Shown here piece after piece: positions 1 to 7,684 of a stretch of 28,940 nt of DNA. Under the pieces are notes generated by a model. The model was not told the DNA's origin, searched no databases, and saw only the letters and a program-made list of their open reading frames with translations. The translations under genes were made by a program, and so were the position numbers. Location of the stretch: IMG/VR virus record IMGVR_UViG_3300042393_000132, positions 1 to 28,940 of that record. The stretch is one strand, 5' to 3'. Each line of letters starts with the position of its first letter. The first letter of the stretch is position 1. This DNA is from a virus. Lineage: Duplodnaviria; Caudoviricetes.

Positions 1-2
1 TA

Positions 3-554
3 TCAAGCCGTCATCTGTCGGTAGAAGAGGCAAACATCTTTCATCTGGGAGTGGTCGAAGACCCAATGCCAGGCCATGAGCCATATAAAAACAGACTGGC
101 TATCCCATATATCACGCCATCAGGCGTAGTAGATATTAGATTCAGAGCACTGACACCAGAACAAGAGCCTAAGTATCTAGGCTTAGTAGGTAGCAAGACA
201 ACCATGTTTAATACACAAGCATTGTTTGCAGCCAATAAATATATATGTGTCACCGAAGGTGAGTTCGATTGCATTATGATGTCAGTCAAGACACCACACC
301 CAACAGTAGGTATACCAGGGGCTAACAACTGGAAGCCACATTATGTTAAACTATTAGATGACTTTGAAACAGTAATAGTATTAGCAGACGGAGACGCAGC
401 AGGGCTAGAGTTCGGCAAGAAAATAAGCAGAGAACTAGGCAATGTCAACATCATCAGCATGCCTGATGGTGAAGATGTAAACAGCATGATAATCAAGAAG
501 GGGAGCAACTGGATACATGAGCGAATCGAACAATGTATTTCCACCACTGGATAA
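3..554 (+). CDS. DNA primase, Toprim domain (5' truncated by window edge)
   Basis: Frame is open from base 3 (SSRHLSVEEANIFHLGVVEDP...), so the GTG at 51 is not the true start. Motifs RLAIPY, IRFR, PKY, VTEGEFD (Toprim catalytic Glu) and LADGDAAG (DxD) are typical of actinophage primases. Confidence 0.92.
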   Translation, partial: SSRHLSVEEANIFHLGVVEDPMPGHEPYKNRLAIPYITPSGVVDIRFRALTPEQEPKYLGLVGSKTTMFNTQALFAANKYICVTEGEFDCIMMSVKTPHPTVGIPGANNWKPHYVKLLDDFETVIVLADGDAAGLEFGKKISRELGNVNIISMPDGEDVNSMIIKKGSNWIHERIEQCISTTG

Positions 555-831
555 TACCTTTTGGGAACATCTCAAACACTTAGAGTTTTCTATTGGTATA
601 CCAATCTCAGAGACCAAGATGCTAAACATCTTAGGAGCACTAGAAGATATATATGTTGCAATAAGTAATGATGATATAGAAGAAGCAACCCATTGCCTTA
701 CGGCATTAGGTGCACTGTTAGTAGCATCCAAGTATGACAAGGCAGATGAAGTATGGGAAGAGTTAGTAGTTAAAGAAGCAATGCACAACTTCGACAAGCA
801 CTTAAAGGAAGTAATAGATGAAGACCAGTGA
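517..831 (+). CDS. hypothetical acidic helical protein (104 aa)
   Basis: Overlaps both neighbours in an operon arrangement; no recognisable motif. Confidence 0.75.
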   Translation: MSESNNVFPPLDNTFWEHLKHLEFSIGIPISETKMLNILGALEDIYVAISNDDIEEATHCLTALGALLVASKYDKADEVWEELVVKEAMHNFDKHLKEVIDEDQ

Positions 832-1135
832 TGATGTAGATGTAATCCTAAATGAACTAGCAAAGATTATGTACAGAAAGCATAAAGATTATGGTCCTAA
901 GAACATAGCAGAAGCACCTGGCGGTCCTATGAATGGATTACGTGTGCGTATGTACGACAAACTTGCACGCCTTAACAACCTTATAGATACAGGCGACACG
1001 CCGAACTACGAAAGTATCGAAGATACTCTCATTGACCTAGCAAACTATGCCATAATAGGTCTACTAGTCCAACGCGGACAGTGGGAAGGCGTACCTAATG
1101 GCGCAGCGAAGCAGACGGATAGTAGTCCTCAGTGA
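818..1135 (+). CDS. DUF1599 / nucleotide modification associated domain 1 (Nmad1)-like protein, all-alpha NTP pyrophosphohydrolase-like
   Basis: Pattern K-x-x-DYG ... VRMYDKLARLNNL ... ESIEDTLIDLANYAII matches the family as I recall it. Confidence 0.75.
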   Translation: MKTSDDVDVILNELAKIMYRKHKDYGPKNIAEAPGGPMNGLRVRMYDKLARLNNLIDTGDTPNYESIEDTLIDLANYAIIGLLVQRGQWEGVPNGAAKQTDSSPQ

Positions 1136-1847
1136 CTTACAAATTCCGTACCAAGACAACCGAATAGTAGACGCAACACTAGCCTTTATTAAAGACTATA
1201 AACCAGATGAACTTTGGTGTGTTGGAGACGAACTAGATGCACCCGAACCTAGCCGTTGGAACAAAGGTATGGCAGGAGAATATGCAGAAACATTACAAGA
1301 CAGTATAGATTTAACGTACGAAACAATGGCTAGTTACCGCAAAGTATTAGGTAACAAGCCATTTGTCATTCAACGCAGCAATCATACTGACCGCATTGAT
1401 ACATACATACGCAAGTATGCACCAGCATTTCAATCACTTGATTCATTAAAGATTGAAACGCTATTAGGTTATGACAAGTTAGGCATCAGATATCTACACA
1501 AGATGACAGAACTATTACCTGGTTGGGTAATGGCACATGGAGATGAAGGCGCACTTAACCGTGCACCTGGGGCTACTGCACTTAACTTAGCAAAACGATT
1601 AGGCAAATCAGTAGTGTGTGGACACACACATAGGGTTGGCTTACAACATGAAACATCAGGAATGTATGGAAAAACCAGTACTTTATACGGGTTAGAGGTG
1701 GGTCACATGATGGACATGTCTCAGGCTCACTACCTAACATCAGGTTCTGCCAACTGGCAGCATGGTATAGGTATCCTTGTAGAGACTAACCGCAAGGTTA
1801 CTCCATTTGCAGTACCTATCGTTAATGGTGAGGTACACATTCCCTAA
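1098..1847 (+). CDS. calcineurin-like metallophosphoesterase
   Basis: Motifs in order: IVVLSDLQIP, GDELD, SNH, AHG, GHTHR; resembles actinophage phosphoesterases. Confidence 0.9.
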   Translation: MAQRSRRIVVLSDLQIPYQDNRIVDATLAFIKDYKPDELWCVGDELDAPEPSRWNKGMAGEYAETLQDSIDLTYETMASYRKVLGNKPFVIQRSNHTDRIDTYIRKYAPAFQSLDSLKIETLLGYDKLGIRYLHKMTELLPGWVMAHGDEGALNRAPGATALNLAKRLGKSVVCGHTHRVGLQHETSGMYGKTSTLYGLEVGHMMDMSQAHYLTSGSANWQHGIGILVETNRKVTPFAVPIVNGEVHIP

Positions 1848-2470
1848 TGTCTTACATTGAGAACTATAATTATTTAGTACAACAACTCGCTAGTGAATAT
1901 GCTAAACGTTATACAATGGTAGAACGTGATGACATAGCACAAGAGATGTGGGTATGGTTTGTTGCTCATCCCAATAAGTACAATGAATGGTCAGCACTAG
2001 ACCAGAAAGACTGCGACAAGGTAATAGCAAAGTCATTACGTAATGCTTCTCTTAAGTTTTGTGAACGAGAGAAAGCAAAGCATAGTGGCTATCAAGTATC
2101 TGACTTGTATTACTATGATGCATCAGTGATAGAAACTTTTCTACCTTCTATCATTAGTAACTCATATGAGATACCAAGTAAGATACAAGACCTAAATGCT
2201 AACTCTGGTAGCAGTGTTCTAAGTGAAGGTAACAACTGGCTAACACTAAGAGCAGATATAGAAAAGGCTTACAACAAACTTAGTGAAGCCAAACAAAATG
2301 TACTACGTCTACGCTTTAGCGTTGAGCAGCCTGACTGGACAGAGTTAAGCAAAGACATGGACAGCACACCAGATGGTGCACGTATGAAAGTACAGCGAGC
2401 AGTCAACTCTATGATTAAAATACTAGGTGGCTGGAAACCGTACCGAGATAACGATACAACAAATGTTTGA
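1847..2470 (+). CDS. phage sigma-70 family (ECF-sized) RNA polymerase sigma factor
   Basis: Region 2-like segment (LASEYAKRY...RDDIAQEMWVWF...LRNASLKFCERE) and region 4-like HTH (DIEKAYNKLSEAKQNVLRLRF...WTELSKDMDSTPDGARMKVQRAVNSM); TAATG coupling to the upstream gene. Confidence 0.8.
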   Translation: MSYIENYNYLVQQLASEYAKRYTMVERDDIAQEMWVWFVAHPNKYNEWSALDQKDCDKVIAKSLRNASLKFCEREKAKHSGYQVSDLYYYDASVIETFLPSIISNSYEIPSKIQDLNANSGSSVLSEGNNWLTLRADIEKAYNKLSEAKQNVLRLRFSVEQPDWTELSKDMDSTPDGARMKVQRAVNSMIKILGGWKPYRDNDTTNV

Positions 2471-2645
2471 CCTCAGAGGTGAGCCTGCCTTTGCCTGTAT
2501 ATGCGGATGTAAGATGTTTAAACTCACAGTAATGTGGGATGAAGAAACCAGAGCAGTTGGCTGGTATGATTTAAAACAAGAATGTATTGAGTGCGGTACA
2601 TTAACTACCGCACCAACAGAAATAGATGGAGATGATTGTGCCTAA
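2463..2645 (+). CDS. small Zn-finger protein (CxC...CxxC), 60 aa
   Basis: MFDLRGEPAFACICGC...QECIECG; ATG at 2463 overlapping the end of the sigma gene is a more plausible start than 2427. Confidence 0.75.
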   Translation: MFDLRGEPAFACICGCKMFKLTVMWDEETRAVGWYDLKQECIECGTLTTAPTEIDGDDCA

Positions 2646-2799
2646 CTACGACTTCAAATGTGAGACGTGTAATACAATACTTGAAGTGCAAGACCCAGTA
2701 CCACCACCATGTACATTGTGTGGCAACACAATGGCACGCATCTGGACAGCCATTGCCGTGAAGTTTAACGGCAGCGGATTCTATTCAACAGGAGGATAA
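2638..2799 (+). CDS. FmdB-family zinc-ribbon protein (53 aa; not in ORF track)
   Basis: Hand translation from GTG 2638: MPNYDFKCETCNTILEVQDPVPPPCTLCGNTMARIWTAIAVKFNGSGFYSTGG*. MPxYxYxCxxC...CxxC...FxGSGFYxT is the FmdB signature; it fills the gap exactly. Confidence 0.88.
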   Translation: MPNYDFKCETCNTILEVQDPVPPPCTLCGNTMARIWTAIAVKFNGSGFYSTGG

Positions 2800-3060
2800 A
2801 TGTTTAAACCCAGTGATACACCTAATTGTGAATCAACAGATAACGAATTGTTTTTTGTTCCAGATGGACAAAGTACTTATCCAGAACGCAAGGCACTTAA
2901 AGCAATTTGTGGAGCATGTGTGGTAAAGAAAGAATGTCTTGAGTTTGCGCTCAAGTACAATGTATTAGGTTACTGGGGTAACACAACTGAACATGAACGT
3001 AACAGGTTACGCAAACAACTTAATATAACAGCAATACCAATGTATCTAACATATAACTAG
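2800..3060 (+). CDS. whiB: WhiB-family Fe-S transcription regulator
   Basis: C10-x26-C37-x2-C40-x5-C46, DxELFF, GYWGNTTEHER (variant of G[VI]WGG turn), basic tail; GGAGG at 2791-2795. Confidence 0.9.
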   Translation: MFKPSDTPNCESTDNELFFVPDGQSTYPERKALKAICGACVVKKECLEFALKYNVLGYWGNTTEHERNRLRKQLNITAIPMYLTYN

Positions 3061-3067
3061 GAGACAC

Positions 3068-3226
3068 ATGACAATAGTAGAGATAGCAGTAGGCGTACTT
3101 ATCGGCATATTGACACGAGACATGGCTAACAACCTGTACTATGAGGCAAGGTATCGTCTTCGCAAGAAGACAAACCCTAAAGACTATACATTTTCACTAG
3201 ATAATCTTAAAGAAGAAGAAAACTAA
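3068..3226 (+). CDS. small membrane-anchored protein (52 aa; not in ORF track)
   Basis: AGGAG at 3059-3063 then ATG; MTIVEIAVGVLIGILTRDMANNLYYEARYRLRKKTNPKDYTFSLDNLKEEEN*; hydrophobic N-terminus; ends just before the terminator. Confidence 0.75.
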   Translation: MTIVEIAVGVLIGILTRDMANNLYYEARYRLRKKTNPKDYTFSLDNLKEEEN

Positions 3227-3230
3227 AACA

Positions 3231-3283
3231 GAAAAAGACCCCCGCCAGGTAGGTTAATGTACCTGAGCGGGGGTTTCTTGTCT
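3231..3283. terminator. bidirectional intrinsic terminator between convergent operons
   Basis: ACCCCCGC-CAGGTA (3238-3251) pairs with TACCTG-A-GCGGGGGT (3260-3274); A-rich run on the left and TTCTTGTCT on the right. Confidence 0.85.
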
Positions 3284-3314
3284 CTATGGGGCTGTCAGGC
3301 CCCTTAAAAGGGTA

Positions 3315-3500
3315 TTACTTTGAACCGCGACCAAAATCTGTAGCAGATGGGTCTAGCCACTTAAGTAGTGGACCAGCAAAGCCAGCGACTGCTGCCATTG
3401 CTAGTGTCTTAAGGTCTGTCTCACCTGCAAGGTAGAGTGCTACTGCAGCAGATGCCGCAGCACGGAACCAAGTAAGTGCTAGTTGTTTGAATTGCTCCAT
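3315..3500 (-). CDS. holin (small, two hydrophobic segments)
   Basis: Directly downstream of the endolysin; Ala-rich hydrophobic helices and C-terminal KWLDPSATDFGRG; strong AGGAGG RBS. Confidence 0.75.
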   Translation of the reverse strand: MEQFKQLALTWFRAAASAAVALYLAGETDLKTLAMAAVAGFAGPLLKWLDPSATDFGRGSK

Positions 3501-3518
3501 TATATCCTCCTATAGGGA

Positions 3519-4010
3519 TTAGGACTTTGTACTGTGCAACTTGCAGCAGGTACAAACTTCGGTCTTATATGCCTTCTTAGCAGGCACAGATGTTACACGT
3601 GCAATAACTTGATTGATAGTCTTTGGGGAGTTCATCCACCAAAACCACGGAGAAGTATCGGCACCCATAGTGGACTCAATAGAAATATGTAAATGCTTGT
3701 TATGAGGATTAGTCCCAGTGTATTTTCTATTTCCTTGTTTGGCTTTTTGTTTAGACCAAATCTGTCCTTGAAAAATAAGATACGACACACGCTTATCTTC
3801 TTTAAGTTTCTCAAATATCTCAACACAATCAATCCCATTCTTAGGGTCATGCGTTAAGTCAACGGCTAACCCTGTATTGTGGTCAGAGTTAGGACTCTGC
3901 TTCATATGTGCAGCCGATGGCAGCAAGCCATCGCTGGCTTTCTTGCGCATAGGCTTTAATGCAGTTGCTTGTCGTAGTACTGCTATAGCAGCAGGTGTTG
4001 CTTTACTCAT
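3519..4010 (-). CDS. endolysin, Zn peptidase of M15 / DD-peptidase fold
   Basis: SDHNTGLAVD (SxHxxxxAxD) and NPHNKHLHIS (HxH) motifs; adjacent to holin; start at 4010 (MSKATP) or 4016. Confidence 0.8.
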   Translation of the reverse strand: MSKATPAAIAVLRQATALKPMRKKASDGLLPSAAHMKQSPNSDHNTGLAVDLTHDPKNGIDCVEIFEKLKEDKRVSYLIFQGQIWSKQKAKQGNRKYTGTNPHNKHLHISIESTMGADTSPWFWWMNSPKTINQVIARVTSVPAKKAYKTEVCTCCKLHSTKS

Positions 4011-4092
4011 CGTCATCTTCCCATTCTTCTACATTTATATTGGGAGTAACTGGGTCCCACATTGGTTCAGGTAATATAGTTGTATATCCCAT
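4003..4092 (-). CDS. acidic micro-protein (29 aa; not in ORF track)
   Basis: TAATG coupling to upstream gene; MGYTTILPEPMWDPVTPNINVEEWEDDDE*; its 3' end overlaps the endolysin start. Confidence 0.6.
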   Translation of the reverse strand: MGYTTILPEPMWDPVTPNINVEEWEDDDE

Positions 4093-4286
4093 TACTTACC
4101 TGCAATCAATGCATACAAATCATCAATACGTTTTTCCATACGAGCCATAGAATCCTTCATAGAACTACCACCATTAGGTTTTAGTTCATTGAGATAATGT
4201 TTAACCATCCATCTAATGCCAGCAGCAAATGCCGAGAAGATTGCTATACAAGCAACTGCTACTGTTAGGTAGTCCTTAAATTCCAT
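4092..4286 (-). CDS. single-TM membrane protein of lysis region
   Basis: N-terminal TM (YLTVAVACIAIFSAFAAGIRW), ELKPNGGSSMKD motif and short coiled coil; TAATG coupled. Confidence 0.75.
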   Translation of the reverse strand: MEFKDYLTVAVACIAIFSAFAAGIRWMVKHYLNELKPNGGSSMKDSMARMEKRIDDLYALIAGK

Positions 4287-6265
4287 TATACTGTCCTTAC
4301 AACTATATCTATGATGCCACCAAAACCATCAAAGCGTTTATCGGGCGGTGTCATACGAGTGAATGTGACTTGTTCGATTACTGCTTGTCGTGATTCTCCT
4401 GTTGTCAAGTCTTGCCAAGTCAGAACATCGCCTGTCTTTTCAATCTCTTCAAGCAATTGGATACGCGCATATGCTCTGCCTTCGTATCCAACTACAGTAT
4501 TAAACCTATCTGTTTCAACATCAAAACAGTAGACAGGAAACTTAATAACTCTATTGCGTGGAGATGCAATAGTAGCCTTTGCTTGGTATCCCTTAAAGGT
4601 AGGACCAGTGGCTGTATCGGTAGTATCACGGTAAAATGTAAACTTATATGAAAGAAACTCTTGTGCTATTTCAGGCTGAGATGTAGTTACTTCTACTGCA
4701 CTTACGCCTGAGTTATAAGTAATGTGGTCATACTGCGTTTCAGTACCAGTTGCTTCTGTAGCAAGAGATGATAGAGTAAACTCACCAGATGTAAATGTAC
4801 CACGTCCAATGAGTCGCTTAAAGTTCTTAGGTTCTAAGGTAGAGAATCTAATCTTACCCGTAGTTATAGAACCAGATGATGCTAATGCACCAGTAGTGCC
4901 ATTGTATTCACCTGACTGAATGGCTATGCCATTACTGCCTGATGTTGTAAAGGCTAGTTGACCAGTATTACCTACAAAATCTACGCTAGTAGCATAGCCA
5001 GTAGCGGTACTAAGGTAAGCATCTTTAGCATAAACAAACCGCAAAGATTCAATTTCCGTACCTAAGTCAATACGATACAGACCAGCGTAACCATTAACTG
5101 TACCAGCAGCCCATACAAATCTATCGCGGAAAGCAAAGTCACGGACACCATTAACATCTTCAAATATTAATGGACCATAAGATAGGTCACCAGTTGTATC
5201 TGAAATACTAGCCACACGCATACCCTTATTGGTGCCAATCATTAGGTAACCAAGGTAGGACTCAATCTTATAAACTATTTCGCCAATTGGTAGTTGTGCT
5301 GCTACAATCCCTGATGTCAGGGTCGGCATAACACCAGCAGTAGACAGAGTAAACTTATAGATGGCGGAGTTTCCGCCAGCATAACCAGCAGCATAGATGG
5401 CAGAGCCACCTTCAGAGATAGATGACCAAGTCCAGTCCGCATTTGGATGAGTGTATGTAGCAGTTGATAGGGCATGTGTACTGCCCTTAGCATTAGTTAA
5501 TTCATAAACAGATGCACCAATGCAAGCAACAAGTCGTTGCTTAACCCAATTCAATACTACTTTTTCACTACCAGTATTGTAGTAACGAGAGTAACCAGCA
5601 GTAGGTGTAGAGATAGGACCTGTGTAAATGTGGTCATTATCAGCAATAAATAAATTAGTGCCATCTGTTGCAATAGCAAGGATGGCAGTATCTAATGGTT
5701 GTGCTATACTAGTTACGTCTGTATACGCGACAGCGGTTCCACTAGCAGTATAATTATTAATAGTTGTATTTGCTGGTGTCCAACCAAGTATCTTATTAGT
5801 AGAACCATCAACAATAGATAACAACTTGTATACACCAGTAGTAACACCAGTCATATTGGCTGTTTCTTTGAGGAGAGTTACCTCTCCCTTGGTCCACACA
5901 TCTACATTGTCTGAGTCAGCAAAACGATAGTTAACTGTTTCACCTGCAGATGGGTCATAAAACTTAATGCCTGTGCCATTGTGAAAAGAAGACTGACTTC
6001 TTAGCCAGAAACCAGTAAGCGACTGCTCACCTGGCTCATTGCCAATGTCTGATTGCTCTTTGCGGAACGGTGCAGTCTGTCTAATGTATGGTCTTTCATC
6101 ATTGATGGCATAAAAGAATGGAAGTCCACCTACTGCTACATCATATGATTCATTAGTGTTCTGCCAAGTAGAAGTAGATGAAACAATACCTAGGTCAACA
6201 GCAATAGAACGACCAATGCTGGCAGTTGCGGAGCCTCTGCCTTCGGTTATATCTCTAGTTGCCAT
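4286..6265 (-). CDS. tail structural protein, probable nozzle / tail tubular protein B-like beta-propeller (659 aa)
   Basis: Beta-strand-rich with periodic aromatic/Gly blade-like segments; size and position in tail module; TAAGGAG RBS. Exact role inferred. Confidence 0.6.
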   Translation of the reverse strand: MATRDITEGRGSATASIGRSIAVDLGIVSSTSTWQNTNESYDVAVGGLPFFYAINDERPYIRQTAPFRKEQSDIGNEPGEQSLTGFWLRSQSSFHNGTGIKFYDPSAGETVNYRFADSDNVDVWTKGEVTLLKETANMTGVTTGVYKLLSIVDGSTNKILGWTPANTTINNYTASGTAVAYTDVTSIAQPLDTAILAIATDGTNLFIADNDHIYTGPISTPTAGYSRYYNTGSEKVVLNWVKQRLVACIGASVYELTNAKGSTHALSTATYTHPNADWTWSSISEGGSAIYAAGYAGGNSAIYKFTLSTAGVMPTLTSGIVAAQLPIGEIVYKIESYLGYLMIGTNKGMRVASISDTTGDLSYGPLIFEDVNGVRDFAFRDRFVWAAGTVNGYAGLYRIDLGTEIESLRFVYAKDAYLSTATGYATSVDFVGNTGQLAFTTSGSNGIAIQSGEYNGTTGALASSGSITTGKIRFSTLEPKNFKRLIGRGTFTSGEFTLSSLATEATGTETQYDHITYNSGVSAVEVTTSQPEIAQEFLSYKFTFYRDTTDTATGPTFKGYQAKATIASPRNRVIKFPVYCFDVETDRFNTVVGYEGRAYARIQLLEEIEKTGDVLTWQDLTTGESRQAVIEQVTFTRMTPPDKRFDGFGGIIDIVVRTV

Positions 6266-6274
6266 TACTGCTCC

Positions 6275-6358
6275 TTAGTATATTTGTTCTTCTGATTCAT
6301 CTATTGCATCATCTATGTCACGCATAAGCGGAACTAAATCAGTTGTAAGTGTATCCAC
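6275..6358 (-). CDS. acidic micro-protein (27 aa; not in ORF track)
   Basis: GTG one base after the upstream stop; MDTLTTDLVPLMRDIDDAIDESEEQIY*; its stop overlaps the RBS of the next gene. Confidence 0.5.
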   Translation of the reverse strand: MDTLTTDLVPLMRDIDDAIDESEEQIY

Positions 6359-6359
6359 G

Positions 6360-6668
6360 TTACGCTAGTGAATTGATATCAAAACCATCAACCCTGACCT
6401 CAGTAACTTCTACTGGAATCTGAGTTGATACATATTGTAACTCATACATTGCATCTAAATCTGACTTATTAATTAATTCCCATAGTTCTGCCTTAGTAAA
6501 ATCACTGGGAGTCTTAAGTGCCTCTACTTCTACAGTATCTCTAAAGTTTGATACATAGTTATTGAGTGAGTACTCAACCTTTACATCCCAACTAATTACC
6601 TTGCCATCAAGATTAACTGTAGGAGTAGCCTTAGTGATTATCTTTGTTGCGTCTGTTGTGTGCGTCAT
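6360..6668 (-). CDS. hypothetical protein, possibly tail-fibre accessory/chaperone
   Basis: Abuts upstream gene; position after fibre genes. Confidence 0.65.
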   Translation of the reverse strand: MTHTTDATKIITKATPTVNLDGKVISWDVKVEYSLNNYVSNFRDTVEVEALKTPSDFTKAELWELINKSDLDAMYELQYVSTQIPVEVTEVRVDGFDINSLA

Positions 6669-6887
6669 TCAGTTTATCTTTTCTTCTGGCTCAGTTACTT
6701 CTGATGTCGGATTAACCCATTCATTGTCAGCCTTATGCGCTTCAACAAAACCTTCCAAAACGCTTTGTTCAACGGTTGATTCAATAATTGTTTCGCCCGT
6801 TAATTCAGAAATAATGTTCATATCAATTTGCGATTCGTGACCCAATTGGTCAATGTTGATTTTTTTAGTTGTAATAATTTTTGACAT
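6669..6887 (-). CDS. hypothetical acidic protein, possibly tail-fibre assembly
   Basis: TAATG coupling; position in fibre module. Confidence 0.65.
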   Translation of the reverse strand: MSKIITTKKINIDQLGHESQIDMNIISELTGETIIESTVEQSVLEGFVEAHKADNEWVNPTSEVTEPEEKIN

Positions 6888-7360
6888 TAAGACACCTTGA
6901 TTCCGTAGATGTACGAACCTGCTTTAACAGTTGTTGCTGTTGCGTTGCTTGTATTTTGCGCCCATTGAAATTGCAAATCTCCAGCAGTGCCGCCGTTTAG
7001 GATTGAACCAAAATAAAGTTGGTTTCTTTCGTTGGCATCTACAAATGTGTTAAATGTAGCGCCCCCTGTACCGACCGTACCTAGAGCCGTGGTGCCGTCT
7101 GCTGTTGCGTAATAAGTGGCTGGGCTAAATGCAATGGTAGACCCAGACGGTCCAGTTATAGTTAACTTCAAATCAGGAGTTGTACTTGCAGAATAAGCCC
7201 AAATAAATACTTGAAAAATGTATGTTTCATTTGCTGCGATAGCGAATTTCAAATGTGTATCGTTGATTAAAGTGGTGCTGTTAGTAACTGATTGGTCTGC
7301 TGATTTGCGTACAGTTTTAATACCTTCCGCCGCCTCGACAGGAAATACTGATACACCCAT
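6887..7360 (-). CDS. beta-sandwich tail-fibre tip / receptor-binding-like protein (157 aa)
   Basis: VRKSADQSVTNSTTLINDTHLKF...GDLQFQWAQNTSNATATTVKAGS resembles C-terminal domains of actinophage minor tail proteins. Confidence 0.6.
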   Translation of the reverse strand: MGVSVFPVEAAEGIKTVRKSADQSVTNSTTLINDTHLKFAIAANETYIFQVFIWAYSASTTPDLKLTITGPSGSTIAFSPATYYATADGTTALGTVGTGGATFNTFVDANERNQLYFGSILNGGTAGDLQFQWAQNTSNATATTVKAGSYIYGIKVS

Positions 7361-7668
7361 TACGCTAACTCCACTCCGCTGATATGAAAGTTTACAGTCG
7401 TAGCAGAGGCTCCACCTTGGATTGTCTGCGTTGCGTTAATAACTTGTTTTAAGTCAATAACCGCAATTGAATCTGCAGCAATTGCAACAGCATCGGCAAG
7501 TTTTGTACCATTAAGTGAAAGGTCAAAAGTTGCTGCTGTTGCTGCTGTGTTAGTCACTACTATGTTAGTAATGATTGCTGTTGTAGCAGCAGGTGCAGTA
7601 TATAAAGTTGTTGTTAGTGTAGTTGTTGCTGCTCCTCGGAACAGCGCCTTACTTGTTGTTGTAGCCAT
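7360..7668 (-). CDS. small beta-rich virion protein associated with tail fibre (102 aa)
   Basis: TTLYTAPAATTAIITNIVVTN...VNFHISGVE pattern, common directly after phage fibre genes. Confidence 0.65.
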   Translation of the reverse strand: MATTTSKALFRGAATTTLTTTLYTAPAATTAIITNIVVTNTAATAATFDLSLNGTKLADAVAIAADSIAVIDLKQVINATQTIQGGASATTVNFHISGVELA

Positions 7669-7684
7669 TAGTTACTACTTTCTA

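Noticed and set aside
3288-3303. Second small hairpin GGGGC-TGTCAG-GCCCC
   Set aside because: Only 5-6 bp and adjacent to the main terminator; not supportable as a separate element.
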